Source of the DNA: Acidobacteriota bacterium | GTDB taxonomy: Bacteria > Acidobacteriota > UBA890 > WLXD01 | Reading direction: 5' to 3' | DNA length: 64,000 bases | Assembly (NCBI GenBank): GCA_965248695.1 | Contig: CBDFKD010000002.1 | Coordinates: forward strand, 96,001 to 160,000 | In this document: one piece after another, positions 31,236-41,084 of the stretch | Layout of the letters: every line of letters starts with the position of its first letter | Numbering within the stretch: the stretch's first letter is position 1 | The notes under the pieces: model-generated | Told to the model about the DNA's origin: nothing | Seen by the model: the letters and a program-made list of their open reading frames with translations, nothing else | The model's database searches: none | Position numbers and translations under genes: made by a program

Positions 31236-33025
31236 TCTGAGTCGTCGGGATCTCCGTCGGCCTCACCCGTAGGAGCTCCGTCAACGTCCCAGCGTTTGGA
31301 CATGAGCGGATGCAGCACCAGCTCCTTCGTCGCTACCACGACCTCTCCCTGACGCAGCTCGAGCTTGACCAACTCGTTCGACTTGCCGCGCATGAGCAGG
31401 TCGCCTGGAGCCTCGGCGGCGTGGACGCCGTTGACCCAGACCTGGCAACCTTCGCGGCTGGTCTGCACGCGTAGCTCCCACTCTGGATCGAGCGGCCCCG
31501 CCGTGAGGTTGCGGGCCTCATCAGAGTCGCGAACCGAACGGCGTCGGGCCCGCCTCCAGTCGGCATTGTAGGCATCGCGCTCGGCCCAGGCGGTGTGGTC
31601 CAACCGCCCGCTGCGACCACGCCACAGGCTCGAGATAGACCGCCAGACAGCACCCGGTGCCGACGTCCTCCGGCGCCGCCCAGTCGCACCTGCAGGCGCA
31701 TCACCATCATGCTCTTCCGCCGCCGACAGCTCGATGACACCGCCCTCCGCCGGGGGCGGGGGTATGTCGATGTGAATGCGCGGCAGATCATCCTGAGGAC
31801 GCGCCACATTGTCGTCCGCAGTAGCCTCCGTAGCCGCCGTGCCGTGGTCGGGGCTCTGCACCTCCGGAGGATCGTCGAGTGGATCGGAATGCGGCGCCGC
31901 CAGGCGCCCACTCGCGTCGTCCTCATCGACGGGCGATGGGCTCGCCGGCGAATCGGCGGTCTCCACAGCAGCGGCGGCGTGGATGTCGGGTGAGCCGGAT
32001 TCAGTGCCTCCGGCACCGGGCTCAGTGAGCTCCGCACCAGGCTCAGCAAGATCGGCACCGGCCTCAAGAAGCTCGACACCAGGTTCAGTGGTCTCGACAA
32101 TCGGTGATACCGGGCGGCGCGGGGCGGGCGGCGTGGCCAGCGGCGAGTCGGGGGCCACGGAGGCAGGCATCGTCGCCCGCCACTCCCCCGGACGCGACCC
32201 GATCGAATCCGCCAGCGCGGCGGCAAACGCTCGACAGTCCGAGAACCGGTCGCCGGGGTCCTTGGCGAGAGCCCGGCGAACGACCCGATCCACCTCGGCA
32301 CCGAGACCGGCCACGCGTACCGGCAGCGCGATCGGCTCCATGTAGACGGTGGCGAAGAGGTAGTCCAGCGAGCTGACGCCCTCGAATGGCGTAGCGTTAC
32401 CGAGCAATCGATAGGCGATCACGCCGATGGCGTACTGATCCGACAGCGCACTCACTGGAGCCCCGCTAATCAGTTCGGGCGCCATATGGCTGACCAGGGG
32501 TTCCGGGAACTCCTCCTCGAGAAGCCGAGGCCCCAGCACACCGACCAGAAACGGGTCCGCGAACTTGACCTTGCCCGACGGTTCGATGAAGACGTTCGAC
32601 AGCTTGAGGTTGGCGTGAACGAAACCGCGTGCGTGAAGCTGATCGACACCCTCAGCGACCGCCAGCACAAGCTCGGCTACTCTCAGCGGCGAGATCTCCT
32701 CATCCGCCTGAACATCGGTCAACGTCGGCGCGTCTACGAACTCTGCCGCGACCCAGGCGCGGTCCCGTTCGAGCCCCAGGTCGAGGAGCGGGACGAGCGT
32801 GTCGCCATCGCACGCGGCAGCCTTTCCGAAAACCGCCTGCACCTCGTCGAACAGCTGCTGTGCGGCGAGCGGATGGCGGCTGCGCGGCGCAAACAGCTTG
32901 ATCGCTACGCGACGCTGAGTACGCGTATCGCGCGCCCGCCACACTTCCCGACCCGCTCCGTCGCCAATCAGGGCAAGCAACTCATAGTGCCCGCAGCGCG
33001 GCAGACGACTCATTTCAACCGGCAT
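31232..33025 (-). CDS. Hanks-type Ser/Thr kinase-like protein (probable pseudokinase) with low-complexity linker and PEGA-like tail
   Basis: VAIK, MAPE, SDQYAIG, KDPGDR present; HRD replaced by HAN and DFG by DPF. Confidence 0.78.
   Translation of the reverse strand: MPVEMSRLPRCGHYELLALIGDGAGREVWRARDTRTQRRVAIKLFAPRSRHPLAAQQLFDEVQAVFGKAAACDGDTLVPLLDLGLERDRAWVAAEFVDAPTLTDVQADEEISPLRVAELVLAVAEGVDQLHARGFVHANLKLSNVFIEPSGKVKFADPFLVGVLGPRLLEEEFPEPLVSHMAPELISGAPVSALSDQYAIGVIAYRLLGNATPFEGVSSLDYLFATVYMEPIALPVRVAGLGAEVDRVVRRALAKDPGDRFSDCRAFAAALADSIGSRPGEWRATMPASVAPDSPLATPPAPRRPVSPIVETTEPGVELLEAGADLAEPGAELTEPGAGGTESGSPDIHAAAAVETADSPASPSPVDEDDASGRLAAPHSDPLDDPPEVQSPDHGTAATEATADDNVARPQDDLPRIHIDIPPPPAEGGVIELSAAEEHDGDAPAGATGRRRRTSAPGAVWRSISSLWRGRSGRLDHTAWAERDAYNADWRRARRRSVRDSDEARNLTAGPLDPEWELRVQTSREGCQVWVNGVHAAEAPGDLLMRGKSNELVKLELRQGEVVVATKELVLHPLMSKRWDVDGAPTGEADGDPDDSD
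32000..32083 (-). repeat. Four imperfect 21-bp tandem repeats in the kinase linker
   Basis: Encode PGVELLE, AGADLAE, PGAELTE, PGAGGTE. Confidence 0.7.
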
Positions 33026-33280
33026 CCTAGACTTTCGATCAGAATCCACGCCATTCTCCAATATCCTCGGTATCGAGCCTGCCGCCAGGGCGCTGCTGAG
33101 GCAAGTGGTGTACCCGTTTGTCCTCCAAGGGCACGTCCAGACACGGAAACCGAGTGACAGACGCGGCCGCCAACTGTCACAGAGCGTCGGTGCCGTACCA
33201 CACCGACGCGAATCACCGATCGAAGATCGCCGCATCGGCTACAATCCCCCGGTCCTGGATTCCTGGTAACCGCGAGCACC

Positions 33281-34030
33281 ATGCCCGATTCCTCTGATTC
33301 GTCGTCGGCGCCCGTCGACGTTGGCTACTACACGTTGGTCGGAAGAGTCCGCGACCACAACGAGGACTCGTTGAAGGTAGACCGCGATTTGGGGCTGTTC
33401 ATCGTTGCCGACGGGATGGGCGGTCACAACGCCGGCGAGCGCGCCAGCCACCTGGCCGTCGAGGTGCTGCACGAGTTCGTCGCCGAGCACGCGGACGGTG
33501 TCGTGGGCGCGGCAGAGTTGACGCGCGCTTTCCACCGCGCCAACACCACGATCTATGACGAGTCGATCGAGCACGCCGAACGCAGCGGTATGGGAACGAC
33601 GCTGACGGCGCTTTTCCTCGACGGCGGTTCTTACCGCGTGGCGCACGTCGGCGACTCGCGCGCCTGGCTCATACGTGACGGCGTCTCCCGCCAGATTACC
33701 GACGACCATTCGGTGCTTGCCGAGCAGGTGCGCCTCGGTGTGATAACTCCCGAGGATGCCGCCCGGCATCCAATGCGCAACGTGCTCACGCGAAGCATCG
33801 GCAACACTCCCGATGTAGAGGTGGACGTGATCGAGGGCGAGGCGCGAGCCGGGGATATCTGGGTACTCGGCACTGACGGAATGACTCAGGTCATAGACGC
33901 CGAGCGCATCGGCGGATTCGCGTCCGGCGGTGCCAACGCCGAGCAGACGGCACGCTCGATTGTCGATACTGCGTGCGCCGAGGACGGCACCGACAACGTC
34001 ACGGCGGTCGTCGTGCGCTGTTCGGCCTAG
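33281..34030 (+). CDS. PP2C-family Ser/Thr phosphatase
   Basis: RDHNED, VADGMGGH, GTT, HVGDSR, TDG, DNVT. Confidence 0.93.
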   Translation: MPDSSDSSSAPVDVGYYTLVGRVRDHNEDSLKVDRDLGLFIVADGMGGHNAGERASHLAVEVLHEFVAEHADGVVGAAELTRAFHRANTTIYDESIEHAERSGMGTTLTALFLDGGSYRVAHVGDSRAWLIRDGVSRQITDDHSVLAEQVRLGVITPEDAARHPMRNVLTRSIGNTPDVEVDVIEGEARAGDIWVLGTDGMTQVIDAERIGGFASGGANAEQTARSIVDTACAEDGTDNVTAVVVRCSA

Positions 34031-34051
34031 CCAGTTTCCGCCCGCATCAGG

Positions 34052-35704
34052 CTATTCCGTCGACCCACCATCGACGACCGGGAGCGGGCTCGCTCCGTCG
34101 CGCTCCAGCCGCGCGCGGATCTCCTGCGAGAGCACCTTGAAGTCCACTCCCAACCTGCGCGCGGTCTCAGTGGCCATCGACGTCCCAGCAACGCCGGCGA
34201 CGAATTGATACGTCGAGTCACCGCCTTCAATGTCGACCTGCAGAAAGTCGAGGTGAGGTAGGGTTCGCTTCTCCTCGAGGTTGCGCGCCAGATCGAGAAA
34301 ATGCGTCGTGATGAAGGCGCGCGGCGAGAGCTCGCTGAGCAGCTCCAGAACCATCAGAACGATCTCGGCCGCCTCGGAAGGGTTGGTACCGGAGCACAAC
34401 TCGTCGAGAAGGACCATCGATCTTGGTCGGATGTGCTGAAAGAGCGTCCGAATGCGCACCAGTTCCTGCCCCAACCGTCCCTCGAGCTGGTCGGCGGAGT
34501 CCGTCTGCACAACCGAGGCAAACAGCCCGCTGCGCAGCGGCACACAAGCCTCTTCAGCGGCGACATAGATACCCGACTGCGCCATCAGCTGTACGAGCCC
34601 GAGGCCCTGCAACAAACGGGTCTTGCCCCCCGAGTTGGGTCCCGTCACGACGGTGATCGACTCGTCGTGGTCGCTGCTCTCGGCGACGTCGCACGCCACC
34701 GGCGGCGCATCGTGCCTCAGCAGCAGCGGGTTGAAGACCTGACGCAACCGCAAAGGACCGCTTTCGGCCACCGTTGGGATGCACACGTCGAGCCCTTGCT
34801 TGCGGCAGTTGTCGGCGAAAGCGCGACTGGTCAGATAAAACTCCAGATGGCCGACGAGCGTCAGAACACGCGCCAGTGATGGGGCGATACGCTGGTACAC
34901 ATCGATGATGACGCGATTGACCATCTCGCGAGAGCTGAGGTTGTAGCCGCGCCAGTAGGTGCCGAAGAGCTCGCGCCAGCGACGCCATGCCGACTTGTAG
35001 AAGCGGTTGCCGCGCGCTTCCTCGAAGTCCTCGATCTGCAGTTTCTTGATGCGGCCGTCAGCGCCGAGCTGCAATGACACGTTCACCGAGGCGATGTTCT
35101 CCTCGTAGGCGAGCAAATCGGTGAGAATTCGATAATCACGCGTCGCCTGGATGCCGAGACCCGCCTCGTGGATCCGACTCAATCCTGACGAACACTCCTC
35201 GAAGTCGCTCACCATCATGGTGATGACGTCGCGCGCCTGTCCGAGCATGCGAAGTCGATGCGGGGTGTTGTCGATCGTCCGGACAGTGTGCGCCGACTTG
35301 ATCAAATCGAGTAGAGCGATCAGCTCGACATACAACCGCTCCGTGCGATCGCGAACATCGGCATCGTTTTCGAGCTCGCGCAGAATTGCCTGTCGGAAAT
35401 GGACCGTTTTCAGATCAACCGGTGGACGCGCCAGTACCCATTGCAGGAATTCCGGGTGCGCGTGGTAGTCAGTGCCACCGATTTCGATACGCGATGTGTC
35501 CTCCACGAACTCGGTGAGGAAGACGTCATCGGCAAACAGCGCCGGATCCCACGGCGACGCCTGCAGAGGCGACGTACCGATGTTCTCGTGGATTCGCGCG
35601 GTCTCGTTTGAGCCGAGAAACGCCAGCTCGAGCAGATCCTCGAGCAGCTCGTTATCAGGGTAGGCGCGCTGCCGGCCATGCAGCAGATCGGGTATCGGAA
35701 TCAT
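34052..35704 (-). CDS. MutS-related protein (ATPase domain V, no recognisable mismatch-recognition domain)
   Basis: TGPNSGGKT, LLDELCSGT, TTHF. Confidence 0.82.
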   Translation of the reverse strand: MIPIPDLLHGRQRAYPDNELLEDLLELAFLGSNETARIHENIGTSPLQASPWDPALFADDVFLTEFVEDTSRIEIGGTDYHAHPEFLQWVLARPPVDLKTVHFRQAILRELENDADVRDRTERLYVELIALLDLIKSAHTVRTIDNTPHRLRMLGQARDVITMMVSDFEECSSGLSRIHEAGLGIQATRDYRILTDLLAYEENIASVNVSLQLGADGRIKKLQIEDFEEARGNRFYKSAWRRWRELFGTYWRGYNLSSREMVNRVIIDVYQRIAPSLARVLTLVGHLEFYLTSRAFADNCRKQGLDVCIPTVAESGPLRLRQVFNPLLLRHDAPPVACDVAESSDHDESITVVTGPNSGGKTRLLQGLGLVQLMAQSGIYVAAEEACVPLRSGLFASVVQTDSADQLEGRLGQELVRIRTLFQHIRPRSMVLLDELCSGTNPSEAAEIVLMVLELLSELSPRAFITTHFLDLARNLEEKRTLPHLDFLQVDIEGGDSTYQFVAGVAGTSMATETARRLGVDFKVLSQEIRARLERDGASPLPVVDGGSTE

Positions 35705-35734
35705 TCGCTGATGCTAGCAGGCCCAGACCAGGGG

Positions 35735-36694
35735 CTAGTGGCCTGTAACCGGGGACTCGATGGCGTCGCGCAGCACCGCGGCCTCGCCGCGCTCGTTGAT
35801 CAGACGCTGTATGTAGGCCACCAGCTCGCCCCGTCGGGAGATCAATGTCTCGAGCTGGGGGGAGTTGAGATACTCCCGCACCGCAGACCGAATCTCGTCG
35901 TCCGTCAGCTGTTGCAGAAGGGCCCACGAGGCACGCGAACAGGAAGCGAACTTGTCGGCGTCCCGCAGGTCGTCGTGTTCCTGGAAAGCACGGGTGTGAT
36001 CGATCATCCACAGCTTCCAGTCGGCGTCGAACAGCAGATTCCCGGTGTTTCGGTCATCGTTGAAGATCAGCGTGTCGAACAACCGCATCGCGTTCATCTG
36101 GCGGATCCAGGTCCGGGCCACCGGTGGCTCGATCCCCTGCTCCAAACGGTCGGCTTCCGACAACCCCCCCTCGACCCAGAGCTGCACGCTGGCGGGCCGC
36201 CCGCGGATCATGCGGCAGACCGTCGGGGGCACGTTGTCGAGACGAAACAGCCGCGCCAGCGCGTAGGCGGCACATTGGCCCTTGTAGCTGTCGTGATAGA
36301 AGCGGAAGCGCCGCCCGAACATGCGTAGGTTGCGCCTGGCCTCGTCGATGGTGTGCACCGCCGCCCGGGCGCTGACGCCACCGCGGTCCAATACGGCACG
36401 CTGAAGCCCCGTCGTGCCGGCTCCGAACGCACGCACTGAAGCCACTTCTGCCTGCTGCAGAAACTCGACCGCCTCGGCATGGCTGCGAAACGGCAGCGCT
36501 TGGCCGTCGGCACCTCGCCACAGGGGCGACGCTTCGACTTCGCCTTGCGAGCCCGGCATGCCCACCGTTCGTGGCGCCCGCCCCGGCGCCAACGGAGCCG
36601 CCGCTGGCTTCCCCGACGTCACGACCGTGCCGACAAGAAAGGCCGCAACGAAAAGCGCCGGACGCCGGCCGGGCCAGGGAGGAAGGGTGGTCAT
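35735..36694 (-). CDS. Predicted secreted atypical kinase-fold protein (PI3/PI4-kinase / HipA-like catalytic motifs)
   Basis: Signal-peptide-like N-terminus; AAY.LAR, VPPTV, FDTLIFNDDRNTGNLL, IDHTRAF. Confidence 0.7.
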   Translation of the reverse strand: MTTLPPWPGRRPALFVAAFLVGTVVTSGKPAAAPLAPGRAPRTVGMPGSQGEVEASPLWRGADGQALPFRSHAEAVEFLQQAEVASVRAFGAGTTGLQRAVLDRGGVSARAAVHTIDEARRNLRMFGRRFRFYHDSYKGQCAAYALARLFRLDNVPPTVCRMIRGRPASVQLWVEGGLSEADRLEQGIEPPVARTWIRQMNAMRLFDTLIFNDDRNTGNLLFDADWKLWMIDHTRAFQEHDDLRDADKFASCSRASWALLQQLTDDEIRSAVREYLNSPQLETLISRRGELVAYIQRLINERGEAAVLRDAIESPVTGH

Positions 36695-36890
36695 GCGATC
36701 CTCGTCGAACAGAGGTCGGGAGTCTAGCAGGCACGCCGCCAGCGGAGAGGTCGCACGAACCGACCCCGCCACAGCGCTCCGCACCGAGTAGCCGGTGACG
36801 CCCGTGTTTGCACCGCCCTTTGACAAATCGCGGTAGCCTAGGCTAAACACGAGAGATCTTCGGTCCCCGAGTCGAGGAGGTACCCATCTC

Positions 36891-38057
36891 ATGCCATTTT
36901 CGCGTCGCGCGCTGTTCGGCGGCCACGCTGCAGCCGGCAGCGGCCCGTCGGGTGCGCTGATCGCTGCTCGTGGCCGTGAAGCTCTGGTCGACGAGCTCTG
37001 GCCCAACTCCCGAGATGCGGCGGTCGTGCCGCCGCCGCCGAACGGCGAGATCCGTCTGAGCAGCAATGAGAACCCGCTGGGGCCCGGCGAACGAGCGCTC
37101 GACGCGGTTCGAGAAGCGTTCCACGACGCCAGCCGATACCCCGACAACACCAGCCCGGGCATGTCGGATCTACAGTCCGCCCTGGCTGCGGCCAACGACG
37201 CCCGCCCCGAGCACGTGGTGCTCGGCGCCGGATCGGGGGAGTTCCTCAAGAACGCCGTCCAGGCGTTCACCTCCAAGACCCGGCATCTGGTCACCGCGAC
37301 TCCGACCTATCGGAGGTCGGAGCAAGTGGCAAGGTACCTGGGAGCCGCAGTAAAGGCGATTCCAGTCGACGCCAGCGGCCAGCTGAACCTCGGCGCGATG
37401 GCAGAAGCGTGTCGCGGAGCCGGGCTCGTCTTCGTGTGCAATCCGAACAACCCGACCGGGACGGTGCACTCGGCAGAAGCGATCGCTGAGTTCACAGAGC
37501 GCGTGCGGCACATTTCGCCGGACACGGTGATTCACTTCGATGAGGCCTACCACGAGTACGTTACCGACCCCGGCTACCGCTCAGCTCTGTCGCTGGCACT
37601 GTGGACACCGAACGTCTTCGTCACCCGCACATTCTCAAAGGTGTACGGGATGGCGGGGCTGCGTATCGGCTACGCCGTAGGCCACCGCGAAGTGATCGCC
37701 GAGCTGTCACGTTACGGATTGCCGGTCAACACCAACAACGTCGGCCTTGCCGCGGCCTACTCGACGCTGCACGATCCGGGGCGCTTGGAGCGCGAGATCA
37801 AGCGCAACGCCGAGGCCCGGCAATTCACCGTCGACTTCTTCACGAACGGTGGCTATGAGGTGCTCGAGTCCAACGCGAATTTCATCTTCGTGAATATCCG
37901 CCGGCCGGCGGCGGAGATGCGTAGGGCCTGCCAGGAGCACGGCATCCGCATCGGTCGGGACTTCCCGCCGATGGAAAAGACCCACGCGCGGATCTCGATC
38001 GGGACCATGGAAGAGATGCAGCGGGCCACCGAGGTATTCACCGAGGTGCTGGCATGA
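36891..38057 (+). CDS. HisC-like class I/II PLP aminotransferase with twin-arginine N-terminus
   Basis: SRRALF; LSSNENPLGP, CNPNNPTG, DEAY, RTFSKVYGMAGLRIGY. Confidence 0.88.
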   Translation: MPFSRRALFGGHAAAGSGPSGALIAARGREALVDELWPNSRDAAVVPPPPNGEIRLSSNENPLGPGERALDAVREAFHDASRYPDNTSPGMSDLQSALAAANDARPEHVVLGAGSGEFLKNAVQAFTSKTRHLVTATPTYRRSEQVARYLGAAVKAIPVDASGQLNLGAMAEACRGAGLVFVCNPNNPTGTVHSAEAIAEFTERVRHISPDTVIHFDEAYHEYVTDPGYRSALSLALWTPNVFVTRTFSKVYGMAGLRIGYAVGHREVIAELSRYGLPVNTNNVGLAAAYSTLHDPGRLEREIKRNAEARQFTVDFFTNGGYEVLESNANFIFVNIRRPAAEMRRACQEHGIRIGRDFPPMEKTHARISIGTMEEMQRATEVFTEVLA

Positions 38058-39241
38058 GCGCGGCGCCGAGGGAGGACAAGGCGATGACGGTTTCACGACG
38101 CGGGTTCGTCAAGCGGGTGGGCGTCGGCTCCGCCGCGGCGGCGATGATGGCGTACGACGGGCCGCGATCCCTGGCACGAGCCTGGTCGCTTTCGTTGCCA
38201 GAGGATGAACGACCGGTGTTCCTGCATTACAACGAGAACCCGCTCGGCCCCGGCGGCCACGCGCTCGAGGGTCTGGAGACCGGTATCACCGCCGGTAGCC
38301 ACCCGACGGCGCGCTACAGCATCAGCACCAACGCCTTAGTGGACGCGATCGCCAAGACTCAGGGCGTGCCGCACGACAACATCCTCATCGGCAACGGCTC
38401 CACGCAGGTGCTGCGAACCGCGACGCACGTATTCACCTCACCGACCCGGCCATTGGTCACCGGCGCGCCGTCGTACGGCGAATGCTCCGGCTATGCCGAG
38501 CTCATCGAGACGCCGGTCGAGTACGTCCCGGTGGATGCTTCGATGCGCCTCGACCTCGACGCCATGGCCGACGCGGCGCGAGGGGCCGGCCTGGTGTTCG
38601 TCGACAACCCCAATAACCCGACTGCGCAGCTGCACAGCGCTGAGGCCATCGGAGCGTTCATCGAGCGCGTCATGAGCGAGTCGGAGGCCGTGATCCTCAT
38701 GGACGAGGCGTATCACGACTACGTCACGGATCCCGGCTACCAGTCGGAGATAACTCGCGCCGTCAACAACAAGCGGCTCCTGGTGGCGCGCACTTTCTCC
38801 AAGGCCCACGGCATGGCCGGGATGCGTATCGGCTACGGTGTGGCGCACGTCGACACCATCGAGGCCATGAGCGAATGGCAATACGGCCTGAGCCTCAACG
38901 TCCTGGCCATCGCCGGTGCGACGGCATCACTACTGGATGCGGCCCACATCGAGGCGGAGCGCGCCCGCAACACCGAGGTTCGCCGCTTTACCGTCGACTG
39001 GTTCAAGTCGCACGGCATCCACCTCACCGAGACGCAGGCCAACTTCTTGTGGGTGCGTACCGGCGTACCGGCGGCCGACTTCCGCAGCGGCTGCGCCGAG
39101 TACGGAATCCTCGTGGGGCGGGACTTCCGGCCGTTCGAGGGCTCCTGGGCGCGCATCTCGCTCGGTACGATGGAAGAGATGCAGCGCGCCACGGAGGTGT
39201 TCGGACGCGTACTGAAGGTCGAGAAGGTAGCCGCCGCGTAG
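38054..39241 (+). CDS. Second HisC-like PLP aminotransferase with Tat signal
   Basis: SRRGFVK; NENPLGP, NPNNPT, DEAY, RTFSKAHGMAGMRIGY. Confidence 0.88.
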   Translation: MSAAPREDKAMTVSRRGFVKRVGVGSAAAAMMAYDGPRSLARAWSLSLPEDERPVFLHYNENPLGPGGHALEGLETGITAGSHPTARYSISTNALVDAIAKTQGVPHDNILIGNGSTQVLRTATHVFTSPTRPLVTGAPSYGECSGYAELIETPVEYVPVDASMRLDLDAMADAARGAGLVFVDNPNNPTAQLHSAEAIGAFIERVMSESEAVILMDEAYHDYVTDPGYQSEITRAVNNKRLLVARTFSKAHGMAGMRIGYGVAHVDTIEAMSEWQYGLSLNVLAIAGATASLLDAAHIEAERARNTEVRRFTVDWFKSHGIHLTETQANFLWVRTGVPAADFRSGCAEYGILVGRDFRPFEGSWARISLGTMEEMQRATEVFGRVLKVEKVAAA

Positions 39242-39276
39242 CGTAGCCGCCGCCACCAGGCGATCGGGAGCTCCGG

Positions 39277-39816
39277 ATGCTCAGCATAGGTCGGCCGGCC
39301 AACGGGCCCTCTTTGCGTGCGGCAGTGTCGATGCTGGTGGTGCTGACCTCACTGCCGGCCACGGCCAGCCTCGGAACCGCCCCGACCGGGCTGAGTGCGG
39401 CCTCCGATGCCCTCATCGCGACTCCCGCTGGGGTGAACGGTGAGCCACCTCAACGTGAAGCTTCGGGCGACACCCGATCGACCCGCGACGGCGTGTTCTC
39501 CAGTCGTGAGGCGTCGCGTGGGCGAGTTCTCTACGACCGCGTCTGCGCCTACTGCCATGACGCAGCCGAGTTCGGCCCTGACTACATGATCAACTGGGAC
39601 GGGCAGCCGATCGGGGCACTCTACGACTTCATCCGCATGACCATGCCGGAAGACAATCCAGGCGATCTCAGCCGCAGACAGTACGCCGATGTCGTTGCCT
39701 ACATGCTACGGATCAACGGTGCGCCGGCCGGGGAGCACGACCTGGGACACGACGCCGGAGATCTCGACCAGGTCCTGATCGAGGGTCCGTTCGACGAGTC
39801 TCGCAATCCCCGCTGA
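39277..39816 (+). CDS. Monoheme cytochrome c
   Basis: CAYCH and downstream TMP axial Met; hydrophobic N-terminus. Confidence 0.85.
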   Translation: MLSIGRPANGPSLRAAVSMLVVLTSLPATASLGTAPTGLSAASDALIATPAGVNGEPPQREASGDTRSTRDGVFSSREASRGRVLYDRVCAYCHDAAEFGPDYMINWDGQPIGALYDFIRMTMPEDNPGDLSRRQYADVVAYMLRINGAPAGEHDLGHDAGDLDQVLIEGPFDESRNPR

Positions 39817-40033
39817 CCCGCTTCCGGTACTGCGCTGACGCGGGCGTTCGGCGGATCACTGCTGCGGCCACGGAACTGCGCCGTCCGGATCCAGCGGACC
39901 GAGACCCTTGTGGACGACTCGGCTGCGAGCCTCCAAGCGTCAAGGCGACTCCGGAGCCCTGAACGGTTAGGATTGCGTCGCGCCCGGCGCCGCCACAGAC
40001 AGCGTGGCGCCATCACGCCACGGAGGATCCTCA

Positions 40034-41062
40034 ATGACCCGCTCGGCTCGCCTCGGTTTCGGCCTCTTGATCGTCCTGGTGGCCACGGGGGCACTGGCCA
40101 ACGTCGTTCCGCAGAACAATTCCCCCAACCCCTACCGCACTCTCGATGGGGTCTGGGGCCAGTTGCCCGACAGCCGAACCTGGGGCGCCACCAGTGCTGT
40201 CTACCCAGACGTCGATGGCATCAATATCTGGGTCGGCGAACGGTGCGGCGCAAACACCTGTGTCGGCACCGACATGGACACGATCTTCCTTTTCTCGCCG
40301 GACGGCGAGTTGCTCAAGAGCTTCGGCGGCGATGGCCTGTTTGCCTGGCCGCATGGCATGCACGTGGATGCCGACGGTAACGTGTGGGTCACCGACGCGG
40401 TCGGCTTCGGAGATCAACCCGAGGGTCTCGGGCACGTGGTGTACAAGTTCAGCCCCGACGGTGAGCTGATGATGACCCTGGGCAAGAAAGGCGTTGCCGG
40501 CGACGGCGAGGACACGTTCCGCCAGCCGTCAGACGTTCTGGTGGCCCCCAACGGCGACATCTTCGTTGCCGACGGACACGGCGCCGGCGGCAACAATCGC
40601 ATCGTCAAGCTGTCGAGCAACGGAACCTTCATCAAGGAATGGGGACAGACCGGCTTCGGTCCCGGTGAGTTCAGAGATCCTCACGCCCTGGCGATGGATT
40701 CGCAGGGCCGGCTATTCGTCGGCGATCGCGGCAACGCCCGCCTGCAGATCTTCGACCAGGACGGTACCCATATCGCTACCTGGACGCAGTTCGGGCGTCC
40801 CAGCGGCCTGTTCATCGATGCCGACGACATGCTCTATTCGGCCGATTCGGAATCCAACGCGCGCGCCAACCCGGGTTGGAAGCGGGGCATCCGAATCGGC
40901 AGCGTGACCGACGGATTCGTGACCGCCTTTATCCCCGATCCCGAGCCCGATCAGGACGGTACGGGCACAAGCGCTGCGGAGGGTGTCGGCGTCGACTCCG
41001 CCGGAAACGTATACGGAGCCGAGGTCGGACCGCAGGCAATGCGCAAGCACGCCAAGCGTTGA
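40034..41062 (+). CDS. Secreted NHL-repeat beta-propeller protein
   Basis: PHGMHVDADGNVWVTD, PSDVLVAPNGDIFVADG, PHALAMDSQGRLFVGDR. Confidence 0.88.
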   Translation: MTRSARLGFGLLIVLVATGALANVVPQNNSPNPYRTLDGVWGQLPDSRTWGATSAVYPDVDGINIWVGERCGANTCVGTDMDTIFLFSPDGELLKSFGGDGLFAWPHGMHVDADGNVWVTDAVGFGDQPEGLGHVVYKFSPDGELMMTLGKKGVAGDGEDTFRQPSDVLVAPNGDIFVADGHGAGGNNRIVKLSSNGTFIKEWGQTGFGPGEFRDPHALAMDSQGRLFVGDRGNARLQIFDQDGTHIATWTQFGRPSGLFIDADDMLYSADSESNARANPGWKRGIRIGSVTDGFVTAFIPDPEPDQDGTGTSAAEGVGVDSAGNVYGAEVGPQAMRKHAKR

Positions 41063-41084
41063 CGCCGGATCGGGCGGCGAGCGG

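Noticed and set aside
36695-37294. 200-aa N-terminal extension of the kinase-like ORF
   Set aside because: Overlaps the aminotransferase on the opposite strand; ATG at 36694 with RBS and signal peptide is more plausible
36891-39241. Assigning gene symbol hisC
   Set aside because: Twin-arginine leaders, duplication and absence of other his genes argue against the biosynthetic enzyme
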